From Carcharhinus longimanus (lineage: Eukaryota), in assembly GCA_030264375.1 (NCBI GenBank), contig JASCQW010000001.1, positions 99,942,222 through 100,006,221 of the forward strand: a stretch of 64,000 nt of DNA. Reading direction: 5' to 3'. The first letter of the stretch is position 1; each line of letters begins with the position of its first letter. The position numbers and the translations under genes are program-made. Shown here in pieces: positions 27,085 through 38,245 of the stretch. The notes beneath the pieces are model-generated. The model made no database searches and had not been told where the DNA came from. It saw only the letters and a program-made list of their open reading frames with translations.

Positions 27085-27995
27085 ATAGTAAAATGTTCCA
27101 GGGTGCTTCAAAGGAGCATTATCAAACAATATATGACACTAAGCCACATAAGGATACACTGGGGCAGTTAATCAAAAGCCTGGTCAAAGAGGTGAATTTT
27201 GTAGTGTGTATTGAAACAGGGAAAAGAGGTGGAGAGACAGAGGTTTAGAAAGGGAATTGCAGAGAATAGGGCCTTGAAAGCATGGCTGGCAATGGAGGAG
27301 TACGAATATCTCAAAGGGCTGCAGGAAGTTCCAGAATAGAGAAGAGCAAAGCCATAAAGGAATTTGAAAAAAGGATGAGAATTTTTAAATCAAAGCATTG
27401 TAGATCAGATAGCACAAGAATGATAAATGAATACAATTTGGATTTGGATGCAGGCAGCGGTGTTTTAGACAATCTCAAATTTACAGAGAGTAGAAAATAT
27501 GAAGCTAGCCAGGTGTGCATTAGAACAGCCAAGCCAAACTAACAAAGGCATGAATGAAAGTTTCAGCAGCAGATAAACTCAGGCAGGGGAGGAATCAGGT
27601 AATGTTATAGTGGTGGAAATGGGTGGTTTTAGTGATGGCATGAATATGCCATTGGATTTATCTCAGCATCAAATTTGACAGCATTGTTGTCAACAGATTG
27701 GTTCAGAAAGTTGCCAAGGAGTGAAATTGAGTTGATAACTAGGAAACCAAGTTTGTGGCAGGAACAGAGGACAATGGCTTCAATCTTCCTATTACTTAGT
27801 GGGAAGAAATTTCTGTTTACCAGTATGGGATATTGGACAAGCAGCGTGACAATTTAGTATTGATGCAACCAAGAGAAGTGGTGATGAGCGAGAGCTGGGT
27901 GTTTTCAGTGTACAAATGGAATGTTTTGCTGTGTTTTACAAACAATCTTTGTTGAAGGCAGTATGTAGACATGAAACAGCAGGAAACCAAAGATT
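27085..27995 (-). mobile_element. L2 LINE 3' ~0.9 kb
   Basis: Reverse complement of the L2 tail seen at 22760 and 52230; FTESRKYEASQ/TTTCAGCAGCAGATAAACTCAGGCAGG are typical L2 antisense segments. Confidence 0.75.
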
Positions 27996-28009
27996 GACCC
28001 TTAGGGGAT

Positions 28010-28435
28010 CTGTTTAGAAGATGATCAAGGATGGGAAATAAATATTCACGTACACAATATTTAGGAAAAACAAACAGAATGGCAAAGAAGTAGGCATAGC
28101 TCTGATAGTAAAAGATTATGTAAGAATAAAAGTGAGAAAGGATCAGGCCTCAGAAGATCATAAAGTAAAATCAGTTTGGGTAGAAATTAGGAATAGCAAG
28201 AGTCAGAAAGCTCATGGGTTTATTTTATAGGCTCCCATTGGGCAGCGCATTAAATAACAAATTATTGGAGTTGTGACAAAGGCAACGTAATGAATGCGGG
28301 AGATTTTAGTCTTTAAATAGACTGGGACAATCGAATTGGCAAGAGTGATCTAGAAGATGAATTTACAATATTTTTGTCACAGTTTCTTGGAGCAATGCAT
28401 TGCGGAATCAACCAGGGATAAAGCTATCTTAGATC
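28010..28435 (+). mobile_element. CR1 AP-endonuclease fragment
   Basis: Frameshifted WEINI..TIFRKNKQNGKEVGIALIVKD..VKSVWVEIRN..YRLP..GDF..IDW..EDEF..FLEQCIAESTRDKAILD. Confidence 0.8.
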
Positions 28436-28885
28436 CAATATTGCACATTTAAGGAATGATAGCCTTTCCTGTTAATGAATGTACAGGGCTGGCCTGCTGA
28501 AGCCTTTATGGCAAATTGAGTGTTGCCTGTTGCTCCCTGGTCATGAGGGAAACCTATAATTACTGCAAAGCCTGTGGCTCTTTCAAGTTGACTGTGCCAG
28601 TCCATAGAAAATGCAATATACAAACCTGCCCTTCAGAACGTTGCATTTGTAAAGACCATAATGTAGTGGTGTGCAGCAGGCTGCATAATACCACTAAAAT
28701 CTCAGGCTGCTTAAAAGGATCCAGCAATAAAGAAATTCAGTGCAAAAGTCACATTTATTGCCACTGGCATTGGGAGATCACAAATGCAGTTGGAAGTTAA
28801 CTCCCCTGGCAGCATCTCACAGAGAGAGATCGCTGTGGCTCTGGAGAGCCTGAATCTCTACCTACATATTCGATTGTCATCAGAG
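28436..28885 (-). pseudogene. PIF/Harbinger (HARBI1-like, DDE_Tnp_4) transposase fragment
   Basis: RFRLSRATAISLCEML..PMPVAINVTFALNFFIAGSF*..GFPHDQGATGNTQFAIKASAGQPCTFINRKGYHSLNVQ matches the HARBI1-type motifs AL.FY.SGSFQ..GFP.V.GAIDCTHV.IKAP...YVNRKG.HSLNVQ; internal stops. Confidence 0.85.
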
Positions 28886-29479
28886 CGCCTTCTGTGTTCC
28901 CCCTGCATTATGCATTATGCCTCCATCAGATGCTTCCTCCAGTAAGTCTACTGTCTTCATGCACCAACAATACATCCTGAACATCAATGTCAGATGAATT
29001 AAATTGAATAGAAGAACATGTGAGCAGCCTCAAAGTGCTTCTGTGGCAAAATGGTCACAAAATTCAACTTTGCAGCATCATGAGGTGCAGTGCTACAGAA
29101 AGCCAAAACTTTGGAATTGTGAGACAGGACCCTGCCAACTATTGGTGTTGAGGACTGCATAGAACGCAGGTGTGTTTTGTGTGGACCAGAAACATGCAGG
29201 TTGAATGGATCTTGACATTAAATACTGCCTAATGCCACATTGCTGCACTAACTGCCATCTTGAGCATTCCCAGCAGATGGCCTTGCAGGATGTTCTTCAG
29301 CAGCTCTGAGTCTTCAAGGCTGGGTTTTAGCTTGTACCACCTTGGTGTGGGTGGCAGCAGACTGGACTGGCTGGTTGATGAGTGGCATTGTCAGATAGGA
29401 CAGCATGTTCATGCACCAGCCTGTCACATCCCTGGACAGCATCTCAGCAATCTTCATAACTCACTGGAGCACAGGTTGC

Positions 29480-30355
29480 TGGTCTGCAGGGCATATGGGA
29501 ACAGGGCCGAGGAGGCAATCGGCAGGAGTGGGGGGTCCCACTGCCACTGCCACTCTGCAGTTGGGATCGGTAGGGGAAGAATGGAGGCCAGCAATCAGGC
29601 CATTCTGGGAGGAGGGACCAGGCTGCTGGGGGTGGGGTGGGGGGTGGTGTTGGCACTATGGGAGGGGGAAAGGGAAGATACTGTGGGGGAAAGAAATCCG
29701 TGAGGAGGACGCTGAAGATCATGACAAGCCAAGAGGGGGGATGTCGGGACTGGGCCTGGGAATAATCGAGTGCCGCTCTCTTTCCACTCACATTGTCTGC
29801 ATCTTAAGACTTGAATAGCAGGTTAGGTGTAAAGACTCACATTCTAATCAGTAATCTGAAAACTACGTGTGCTGTTATATGCTCTGCCTGAGGCCAGAAC
29901 TCTCCATTCACCTGACGAAGAGGCAAACCCCAAAAGCTTGTGAGCTTCCGATCAAATAAATTGGTTGGACATTAACCTGGTGTTGTGAGACTTCTTACAA
30001 TAATCGAGGGACCAGCAATCAGGCCATTAGGGGAGTGGAGAGCCGGCATTGCGGGAGTCATGGGGCTGGCCAGCAATCAAACCAGCCAGTGATTGGGAGG
30101 CTGGTGGTGCAGGGCCAATCTTGGCACTAACAAATAGGCGCATGCGCAATGGCCCACTCAGTGCACTGACTTCAGCCTCTCCAGCAGGAATAGGCCCCAC
30201 CCCTGAAATGTAATGAAATTCATGCTGGTGGCCTCTGCAGTGCACAGAGTGTGGGAAATTCTTCTCTGAACTCCCACCATTGAAAAAAACAGTGTGAATT
30301 ACTCCAGTTTTCAAGCAAATTGGACACTTAATTTTTTTTTGGCAGAATTTCTGAC
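29480..30355. mobile_element. GC-rich non-autonomous DNA transposon relic (Harbinger-type), interrupted by a Penelope-like tail
   Basis: The end ATTACTCCAGTTTTC..GACAC..TTTTTTGGCAGAATTTCTG is shared with 46497-46556. Confidence 0.5.
29780..29998 (+). mobile_element. Penelope-like element terminal repeat with a decayed hammerhead ribozyme
   Basis: TTCAC-CTGACGA-AGAGGCAAACCCC-AAAAGCTT-GTGA followed by AATAAATTGGTTGGACATTAACCTGGTGTTGTGAGACTTCTTAC. Confidence 0.65.
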
Positions 30356-30570
30356 TCGTCAATGCAGTATTGAGGGAGCGCTGCATTGTTGAGGCACTGC
30401 CTTGCAGATGTGATGTTAAATCAAGGTCCCTTTTATTTGTTCAGGTAAACATAAAATATCTCATGGCAGTGTTAACAAAAGAGCAGAGATAGTCTTCCAG
30501 AGCCCTGGCCAAAATGTATCCTCAACCAGCACTAACGAAAGAAGGTACTTTATTCTTTGTGGCTGTGCTT
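30356..30570 (+). mobile_element. DeuSINE (SacSINE1/AmnSINE-like) Deu-domain fragment
   Basis: GCAGTATTGAGGGAGCGCTGCATTGTTGAGG..GATGTTAAATCAAGGTCCC..CATGGCA..GAGCAG..CCTGGCCAAAATGTATCCTCAACCAGCAC. Confidence 0.65.
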
Positions 30571-30594
30571 TGTATGTGAGGTGACTGCCACATT

Positions 30595-30752
30595 TGCCTG
30601 CATGTGAGTCCAGACCCACAGCAATGTGGTTTTAATGTCCCTCTTAAAGTGGGTTAGCAGTCCACTCAGTTCACGGACAATTAGGGATGGGCAACAAATG
30701 CCGGTATTGCCAGAAAAGTTCACATGCCATGTAAAAATAAGAATAAATAAAT
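30595..30752 (+). mobile_element. 3' part of the SINE family seen at 43410
   Basis: CATGTGAGTCCAGACCCACAGCAATGTGGTT..CAATTAGGGATGGGCAACAAATGC. Confidence 0.65.
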
Positions 30753-30922
30753 ACAAGTTCTTTAATCTTAATTTTTTTCTTTCCTTAGCTCCATATTTTA
30801 AATAAGAACAAATATTCAAAGAAATTGATGCAAAGGTCTCATCTCCAAATTCTACATTTATTAAAAAGGTTCATTTTAATTTTACCAAGGCTATAATCCT
30901 TTTGATTTTCTTTTTAAATTTA

Positions 30923-31230
30923 CCAGGTTCAATTTCAGCCTTGGGTGACTGTGAGAAGTTTGCATGTTCTCCCCGTGTCTGCGTGGTTTTCCCTAGGTTC
31001 TTTGGTTTCCTGCCACAGTCCAAAGATGTGCAGGTTAGGTGGATTGGCCATGCCAAATTGTCCCTTAGTGTTCCAAAATTAGTAGATTACAGGGATTAGT
31101 GAGATAAAAACATGGAGGGTTGCAGCAATAGAATGGGGGTGGGCCTGACTAAGATGCTCTGCCAGAGAATCGATGCAGGCTCGATGGACTGAATAGCCTT
31201 CTTCTTCACTGTAAGGATTCTATGATTCTA
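30923..31230 (+). mobile_element. HE1 V-SINE type B, 5'-truncated
   Basis: Starts at the B box GGTTCAATT; V-domain; tail GTAAGGATTCTATGATTCTA. Confidence 0.9.
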
Positions 31231-34200
31231 AAATGCTTATGAAATTAGTTTTTTAAATTTGCTATTTAATCCAGGAAAGCTTGTTTTGGTCAAAGATGCA
31301 TTTAAAATAAACATAATGCTAGAGATAATGAGCAAGTGAACACTTACCTCCAAATGCTTCAGAAAGGTTTTTAAAACAGTTAACAAGCTTATAATATTTA
31401 CAACACTGCCCCATGAGGCCTGTTAGTCTGTGATATATTACAATTCCAGTGGAGTAAACAGTGAGGTGGCATGAGCTGAAAAATTTTGCAGGCAAAAAAA
31501 GAAACAAATCCCATCAAAACTATTTATTTAGTAAACACAAAATTAATATCAATTCATTTTCCTGATATTTGGTAGCAACTCATCGTGCAACTCCACTTGA
31601 TACTTGTGCTCCTTGGTTAGAGTGTTGACCAGATTTATAAAACAATTGAACTATGACCTTGATAATTGTTTCCCATAATACAAGAGCAGACTGGCCAAAT
31701 GGAAAATTAAGAGACTTTCCAAGTAGCCCATTAATAATTCAGTGGTCCTGTACTTTTCTGTGAGAATCCCAAAGAACATTGAGCACTTTCATGGGGACCA
31801 GTCAGCCCCTGAACAGTTAGATTGTCAAATCTGGACAGCTATCCTCTCTCCTCTTTAGAAAGGCAATACAATTTGCCTGTCTTAATTGTGCATGTTCAAA
31901 GATGGTAACTCATAAATCGGTTAAATTTGAAACTGCATTAAAAATACATGTCCAGAAGTGGTACTTGTTAAACAGGCAATTTACTGTAGCTTTTGGTATT
32001 ACACGCATGCATGATTCGAAAATGTGTGAAACCCATTAGAGGATCTTTATATTTAAAATGGTTCTCTCTTCCAAACCAATCAAAGAAAATAAAAAAAAGT
32101 TGAACTAGATTAGTTATCCATACTAATCTAGTTCAGGTATAAAGCCTGCCCATAAATCCACATCAGCAAATTTGCAAACCTTGATCGGGAATACCAGGGG
32201 CATTTGGGTTCTACAAGTTTTCCATGATCATTAAATGCCATTTAACCAATGCATTCTAATGGAGGTCATGGAAATATAAGCCCATGTTTCAATCCCCTGG
32301 GTCAAAAGATTACATAAATTCCATCTCATTACCTTCTTGTAGGCATTATATCAGCTCCACAATAAAAGAGGTTGAGCTTTTAGCACACACATGCTAATTG
32401 TCATAAAAGTACATGGAACAACACAGCAGTGACATCAATATTATTATTGTGTCATTCACCTGATGGATTTGGCCATGTAAGATGGAAGTTTAATTTCTTT
32501 TTTTACACTGCTGGCAAATTCAGTGGAATGAAACTATTAAGCCACGTTGATTTCATTTGCTCCTTTACTGAGCAATTTGGGAGTTCACGAAGGTAACCCA
32601 ATTATATCGCCAATTTTGCACTGATGCTTAGTTGTTCCAGGTGCTTGAGTATGTGAAAATAGTAGTATAACCTAGGAGTTATGCCAGCATACTGCCACTA
32701 GAAATTGTGCAACCGCTTTCAATAGTTGTCCTCGTACTTTTAATAAGTTGGCTCATACCATCTGGCTGCGCCAAATTGCATTTTGAAAGTGCTCAGGCAG
32801 AACCTCTTGGGAACTTTCATTCATCTCAATGTTCAGAAAAGGTAGATTCTCCTGCAATGTTAAAAAACAGCTAGCTGGGAGAGGTGGTCTATGTGTCTCA
32901 GCGCACAAAGTTGGTTTTATACTAATGGCATTCGTCAACTGAGCATTTTCCTCTCTTGAACTAGGATCTGTGGCATTATATCTTTGTGACAGATTTTGAA
33001 TGAATTTGGCAATATTAGAAGTGTTGTGGACAAGTGAATGCACGTTTGTACAAAAAGAACAGTGATTAATGGGAACTAAGTGAAGTCTGACAAAATTGTC
33101 CATATATCATAAAATCAGTGTTACAGAACTGAACAGCCATTCAGCTCATCACACAAACATAATGGCATGTATTTTGCAATTGAAGTAACAGTTGTGTTAT
33201 CAGCACTCACCGTTAATAAGGAGTAAATCTCTTAGCAGCTCCTAACATCCGCATCTGTGCAGTTAGACATGGAAGTCAAGGAACTCTGGCCAACATGCCT
33301 TACTCCTCCAGAGTGTTGTTATACCAGTACCTGACTGAGAGCTTCACCATTGAAACACATGACAGAAGTAATGCTGCAGTATTTACTCACTAGATGTCCA
33401 GTAAACAAATCAGAATAAAAGAACTTGTCCATTTAAGTGTTAACATTTTTCTTAGCTGTGAAATAAGTCTTAATTATTGCCAGATAACCTATTTAGCCCA
33501 GAAAATCTACTTTTACAAATGTGGTATTTCATTTCTTTAGATTTTAATTGTTGTTGGTTTTTTTTATGTTTTTGCTTTTACTTCTTCTTTCAGTCTCCTG
33601 GATTTCTCTTTTCCATAATTCCATCCTTTTTTTAGTTTGCTTTTTGTACATGATTTCACACTGAATAAATTATTCCAATTGATGCATATTGTTTTTAACA
33701 TGCTCATTAGGATTTTTCAAACAAATTGGTTGTCTGGTCCACACAAGTCTCAAATCCCCTGTAGATGATGCCACACTACTTTGACAATCTGATAACCTTA
33801 ATTTAGCTGTAAAAGCCCGTGGAACTTCTGTGGACAAGTAACCATAATGTATGATGGACCCCATTTATTTGCCATTGACTGCAATTATAAAGAAGAGGAA
33901 AAATCAGTTCATCCAACCTGTCCCTTTCCAAAATGGTACAACCCCTTCACAATTATCTAGACCTTTCATAGTAACAGTTCTGGGAACAGAAGGGGCAAAA
34001 AAAAAACACAGAAATAAGCTTTTGACAAGTCTTACACAAACAACCCTAGGAAATTCTTCTGTGATTCCTAAAAACAATTAGAAAAGCTCCACAAGACTAC
34101 AATAACTGGCGTTGCCACCTGGCTTCTATAACTCCAGGTGTCTTTCATGTGCAGGATCTTTCCTGAGTCAATTTGGGGAGCCTGAATAAGTCTTAGTTAT

Positions 34201-34429
34201 CTGCACATTCCAGAAATTTAGACCAGAACTAAGTGACTGATGGACATGTCCTATCATTTATTCTAACTCACTGTCCCCACTTCCTCTGTTGCCTGTCTAG
34301 ATCAATAATCTGTCCACTTGGAAGGAATCTAATTATTTTATTAATTTAAAGATGTTCAATGTATCCTATTGACGTCTATGCTTTTACAGCATAAAATGTT
34401 TCAGTTTGATAAGTTTGTCCTGATAAAGA

Positions 34430-34950
34430 TCCTTAAACTTGACATAAGTTTAAATGTGTTCTTCTGGAACTCACTTTAGAGCTCAATAATTCCTCACAAT
34501 GTTAGCAGATCAAAATGAGACACAGTACGCCAGTGCATCCAGACTAGGACAGTATGTACGCCGAACTGAGAGTAATTTATTGCCTCAGCTATATATCCGA
34601 ACACACTATTCACTTTTGCAACAGCTTCCCAACGCCAATCGTGGGTCCTCAATGATTTATTAAGTACAATCCTTTGACTCACTCTCACTTTACAGCCATC
34701 ATCATACAACCTTATCTGATGTACTGATATGTTTGGAATTGCTTCTAGTCTGTTGGACCATGCTACACTTGTCTACATTAAAAGATAACTGTCACATATG
34801 GGCCCAATCCCACACATTGCTAGATCCATTACCAGACTTATATAGAGCCTAAGTTATAAATTATTTTATGTAGCATAGTTTCAGCCATAAACATTTGGAC
34901 TGTTTCCCCAAAGCTTTCGTTCAAGTAATTAATAAAAATAGTGAAAAGCA
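34430..34950 (-). mobile_element. Old CR1 RT fragment
   Basis: LLFTIFINYLNE and AVAKVNSVFGYI peptides in minus-strand ORFs. Confidence 0.55.
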
Positions 34951-35194
34951 AAACATTCAACATATCAATAGTGACCAGTTCCCTCACAAAACTGCTACCA
35001 TTAACAGCTATGCTCCATCTATGCAAACTCAGCCAAATAATAATAACGCCAAATGTCTGCCCACATATTCTCACATATGACTTTTTTTTTGTGTGGCACT
35101 TTACTATAGACCTTTTGAATACCTATGAACTGAATGTCTACCAGGAAATGTAACTTCCCCATAATATTCTATCAAGTTGATAAGCTAGGACCAG

Positions 35195-35330
35195 AAATAA
35201 AAAAAACAGAAGATGTTGGATAAATTCAGTATCTGTGAAGAGAGAAACAGAGTTAATGTTTTGAGTATGACACTTCAGTATGACACTTCTTCAGAACCCT
35301 GATTTCCAACACCTGCAGTATTTTGCTTTA
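35195..35330 (-). mobile_element. Penelope-like terminus with a decayed hammerhead core
   Basis: Minus strand GTTCTGAAGAAGTGTCATAC..TCAAAACATTAACTCTGTTTCTCTCTTCACAGATACTG; internal 13-bp duplication AGTATGACACTTC. Confidence 0.55.
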
Positions 35331-35519
35331 AATTTAGGTGAGATAGAACCTCCCTTTCCAGAAGCTATATTGTTCTCGAACCATGCTCATCATGTTAGTT
35401 GCTAATCTTTCTAGATTATCATACAATACATCTTTCTAATACATTCTAACAATTTGCTAAACTACTGATGAATAATTTCCTTTTTCTAATTCACTGCCCT
35501 TTTTAAATATAGAATAAAA

Positions 35520-35870
35520 AGGAAGACTTGCATTTATATGGCACACTGACTGACCTCTGGACATCCCAAAGCCTTCACAGCTAGTGAAATACTTTTTTAA
35601 TGTAGCCAATGTTAGAATATAAGAAACACATCAGCTAGTCTCTGCACAGATAATGATAATCTGTTTTTTCAGTGACGATGGTTGAAGGATAAATGGGAGA
35701 AGCCTCGTGTTCTTTTTTGAATGGTACCCACGGAATCTTTTATGTCTACATGATGTCATATGGAGCCTTCATTTAACAATTCACCCATCATTTTCTAACT
35801 CCCTCAGAATGGCATTGAGTATGACCCCGGATTTTGAAAACACAACCTTCAAATAGAAGGGTGCTACTGG
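35520..35870 (-). mobile_element. DeuSINE (SacSINE1-like), near full length, diverged
   Basis: Plus strand GACTTGCATTTATATGGCAC..GGACATCCCAAAG (L2-like tail) through ..CACAACCTTC..GGGTGCTAC (tRNA head). Confidence 0.65.
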
Positions 35871-35944
35871 GTTTTTGATAAGCGAGGGGATTAAGGGTTA
35901 TGGGGAGAGGGCGGGAATGTGGAACTGAGCCACGACAGATCAGC
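35870..35944 (+). mobile_element. Young CR1 3' UTR fragment running into a gap
   Basis: ATTAAGGGTTATGGGGAGAGGGCGGGAATGTGGAACTGAGCCAC, nearly identical to 55198-55241. Confidence 0.8.
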
Positions 35945-36044
35945 NNNNNNNNNNNNNNNNNNNNNNNNNNNNNNNNNNNNNNNNNNNNNNNNNNNNNNNN
36001 NNNNNNNNNNNNNNNNNNNNNNNNNNNNNNNNNNNNNNNNNNNN

Positions 36045-36128
36045 ACTCCACACAGACAGTGACCCAAGCCGGGAATCAAACCCAGGTCCCTGGCACTGTG
36101 AGGCAGCAGTGCTAACCACTGCATCACC
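36045..36128 (-). mobile_element. V-SINE head (remainder lies in the gap)
   Basis: CAGTGGTTAGCACTGCTGCCTCACAGTGCCAGGGACCTGGGTTTGATTCC on the minus strand. Confidence 0.85.
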
Positions 36129-37390
36129 TTGACACACACGTGCACGAACACACGCAGTGAGAGATAAAGGGATCTTAAACCAAACATCAAATGAAAGAGA
36201 CAAACACATGCGGTTAGCCTACCTAGCCCCGAGCTCTCAAATCGTTCCTACACCGGCACTCCAAAGACTTGGATTATTACAACAAACAGTGTCCATGCAC
36301 CTCCCATGCCATGCCCCCATGCACACTAGTTAGTCAGCCTGTAGCATGCTGTGTTTACTTAGAAGTAATAAACCTGTGTCTAAACCGTCACTTACACTAC
36401 AGCTGCAGATTCACATTTGTTCAAGTCTTGCAGCTGACACACAGTAAGGGGGCCAACTATAAACAGTGTGAAGTTACTTACCCTGGTCATAGTTCAGAGC
36501 AAAGTGCTCCCTTCCCCTGAACCTCTTAGCCTCTGAGATTGCCTGAGCTGTGAAGCAAGTCATTCGTATTACACTGATCGAAATGGATAGTAAAAATCAT
36601 CCGGCTTTTTCAATAGAGGAGAATAACTCAGTTTGTCCAGAATGTCAAGGTTGAATTGAACCAAATCACCTGTAGCCATACACCTCAGGCTATCGTGGCT
36701 CCTTGAACTATATTTTTACTGCAATATTAGTTGGAATATATTTATTTCAGATCATTTTGATCTTTAGTAACATAGCATAAAAATACTCAGGAACCAGATA
36801 TGCCCCTTTATGGGTTTCTGGTTGTGAATGAATTGGAAGGTATGGGAATGCATAGGTGACTGGATTTTCCAGCCATGCTTGCCCCAGTGCCAGAAGATAC
36901 CACCTGAGGTCAATGGACTTTTGCATGGTCCGTGTCCTGGCTATTATGATACCCGTGGGGGATGGATCAGGAATATTCCAGAGATAGGATCTTGTGCAAT
37001 CTATACTTTTTATATTGTTATACTTCAACAAAAATGCACAGTAAAGGTTTTTTTTACTGATTTCAGCTCTTCCGCTCCTGGAACGAATGAAAAAGTTTGC
37101 CCTGTTGAGGGTTTCTTTATGACAAGTCTATAATAATGAGACTGTGTTTGATGTAATAGGTTGGTTTCAACCTCTTCTGAGCAGACAAACACATGATTAA
37201 ATTGCACAACCAAACAAAAGTAAAGACAAGTAGAGTAGAAGGAACAACTGCATTTCAATAACATTGTGGAGATTTTAGAAAGGCTTATAATGACAGACGT
37301 CTCAGTATCACTGACACTTTTAAATTGATAGCAGTATGAAATATTTGTATGACCCAGATCCACTGCCTCGGCATTTGCAGTTCATGAGGT

Positions 37391-38245
37391 GTCAGCTATA
37401 ACTCAGTGGTAGCACTTTCGCACGCCTCTGCATTGGAAGGTTATTGGTTCAAGTCCCATATCAAAAACCTAAGCATAAAATCTAGACTGATACTCCAGTG
37501 CTGTACCACAGTAAAACAAGAGGACAGTGATTACTGCATTAAATTTAAACACTGACTTGAGATATTTATATGCTTGGGGAGCAAATGAATCTGTTGAGTG
37601 CGAGATGCAGGAAATAGAGTTATATTCTGAAGGCAAATAATGCCCAAGGCCCATCTTGAAGATGAAATTCATAACCTGAAGGATGAAATGGCTCATCACT
37701 TGCAAGATTAGCTGGGAGTTAATGATTGTAAAGGTGGCTTTAGATAAACTGGAGTGCTTCACTGTTGGAAGTGCCGACTTTCGGATGAGATGTTAAACAA
37801 ATGGTTTGATTACCACTTAAAAAAAATTACTCCTTTCTTAGAGTTACAAAGCCAATGCGCACAGTGGACAGGACAAACCATTAATCCATCTCCTTGCTTG
37901 CTCCAAGAACCAATTCAAGTTGAATCCAATTCATGGTCACCAAGATTCAAGCTGACAAGAATAGACACAAGATCTTGTGCTTGATCTCAGCCAAAAAGCA
38001 TGATTACCCACTCAGTTGGATGCAAAACATCCCATTTACTGTTTCAAATAAAAGAGGGAAATTATTCCACTCACCAACATGGCTGAATTGCATTGTTCTG
38101 AGTGGGATGTTGCTTCACAGACAAATGATGAGAGGTTTCCCATATAACAACAGTGACTACACTTTAAAAAAGTGCTAAGTTGCCTGTAAAAGATTTTGGG
38201 ATGTCCTAAAGTCCTGAAAGACGTTCTATAAATGCCTTTCTCTCT
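37391..38245 (+). mobile_element. DeuSINE split into three pieces (37391-37507, 37751-37800, ~38030-38245)
   Basis: Head TAACTCAGTGGTAGCAC..GGTTCAAGTCCC; middle GGAGTGCTTCACTGTTGGAAGTGCCGACTTTCGGATGAGATGTTAAAC; tail TTTTGGGATGTCCT..CTATAAATGC. Confidence 0.65.
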
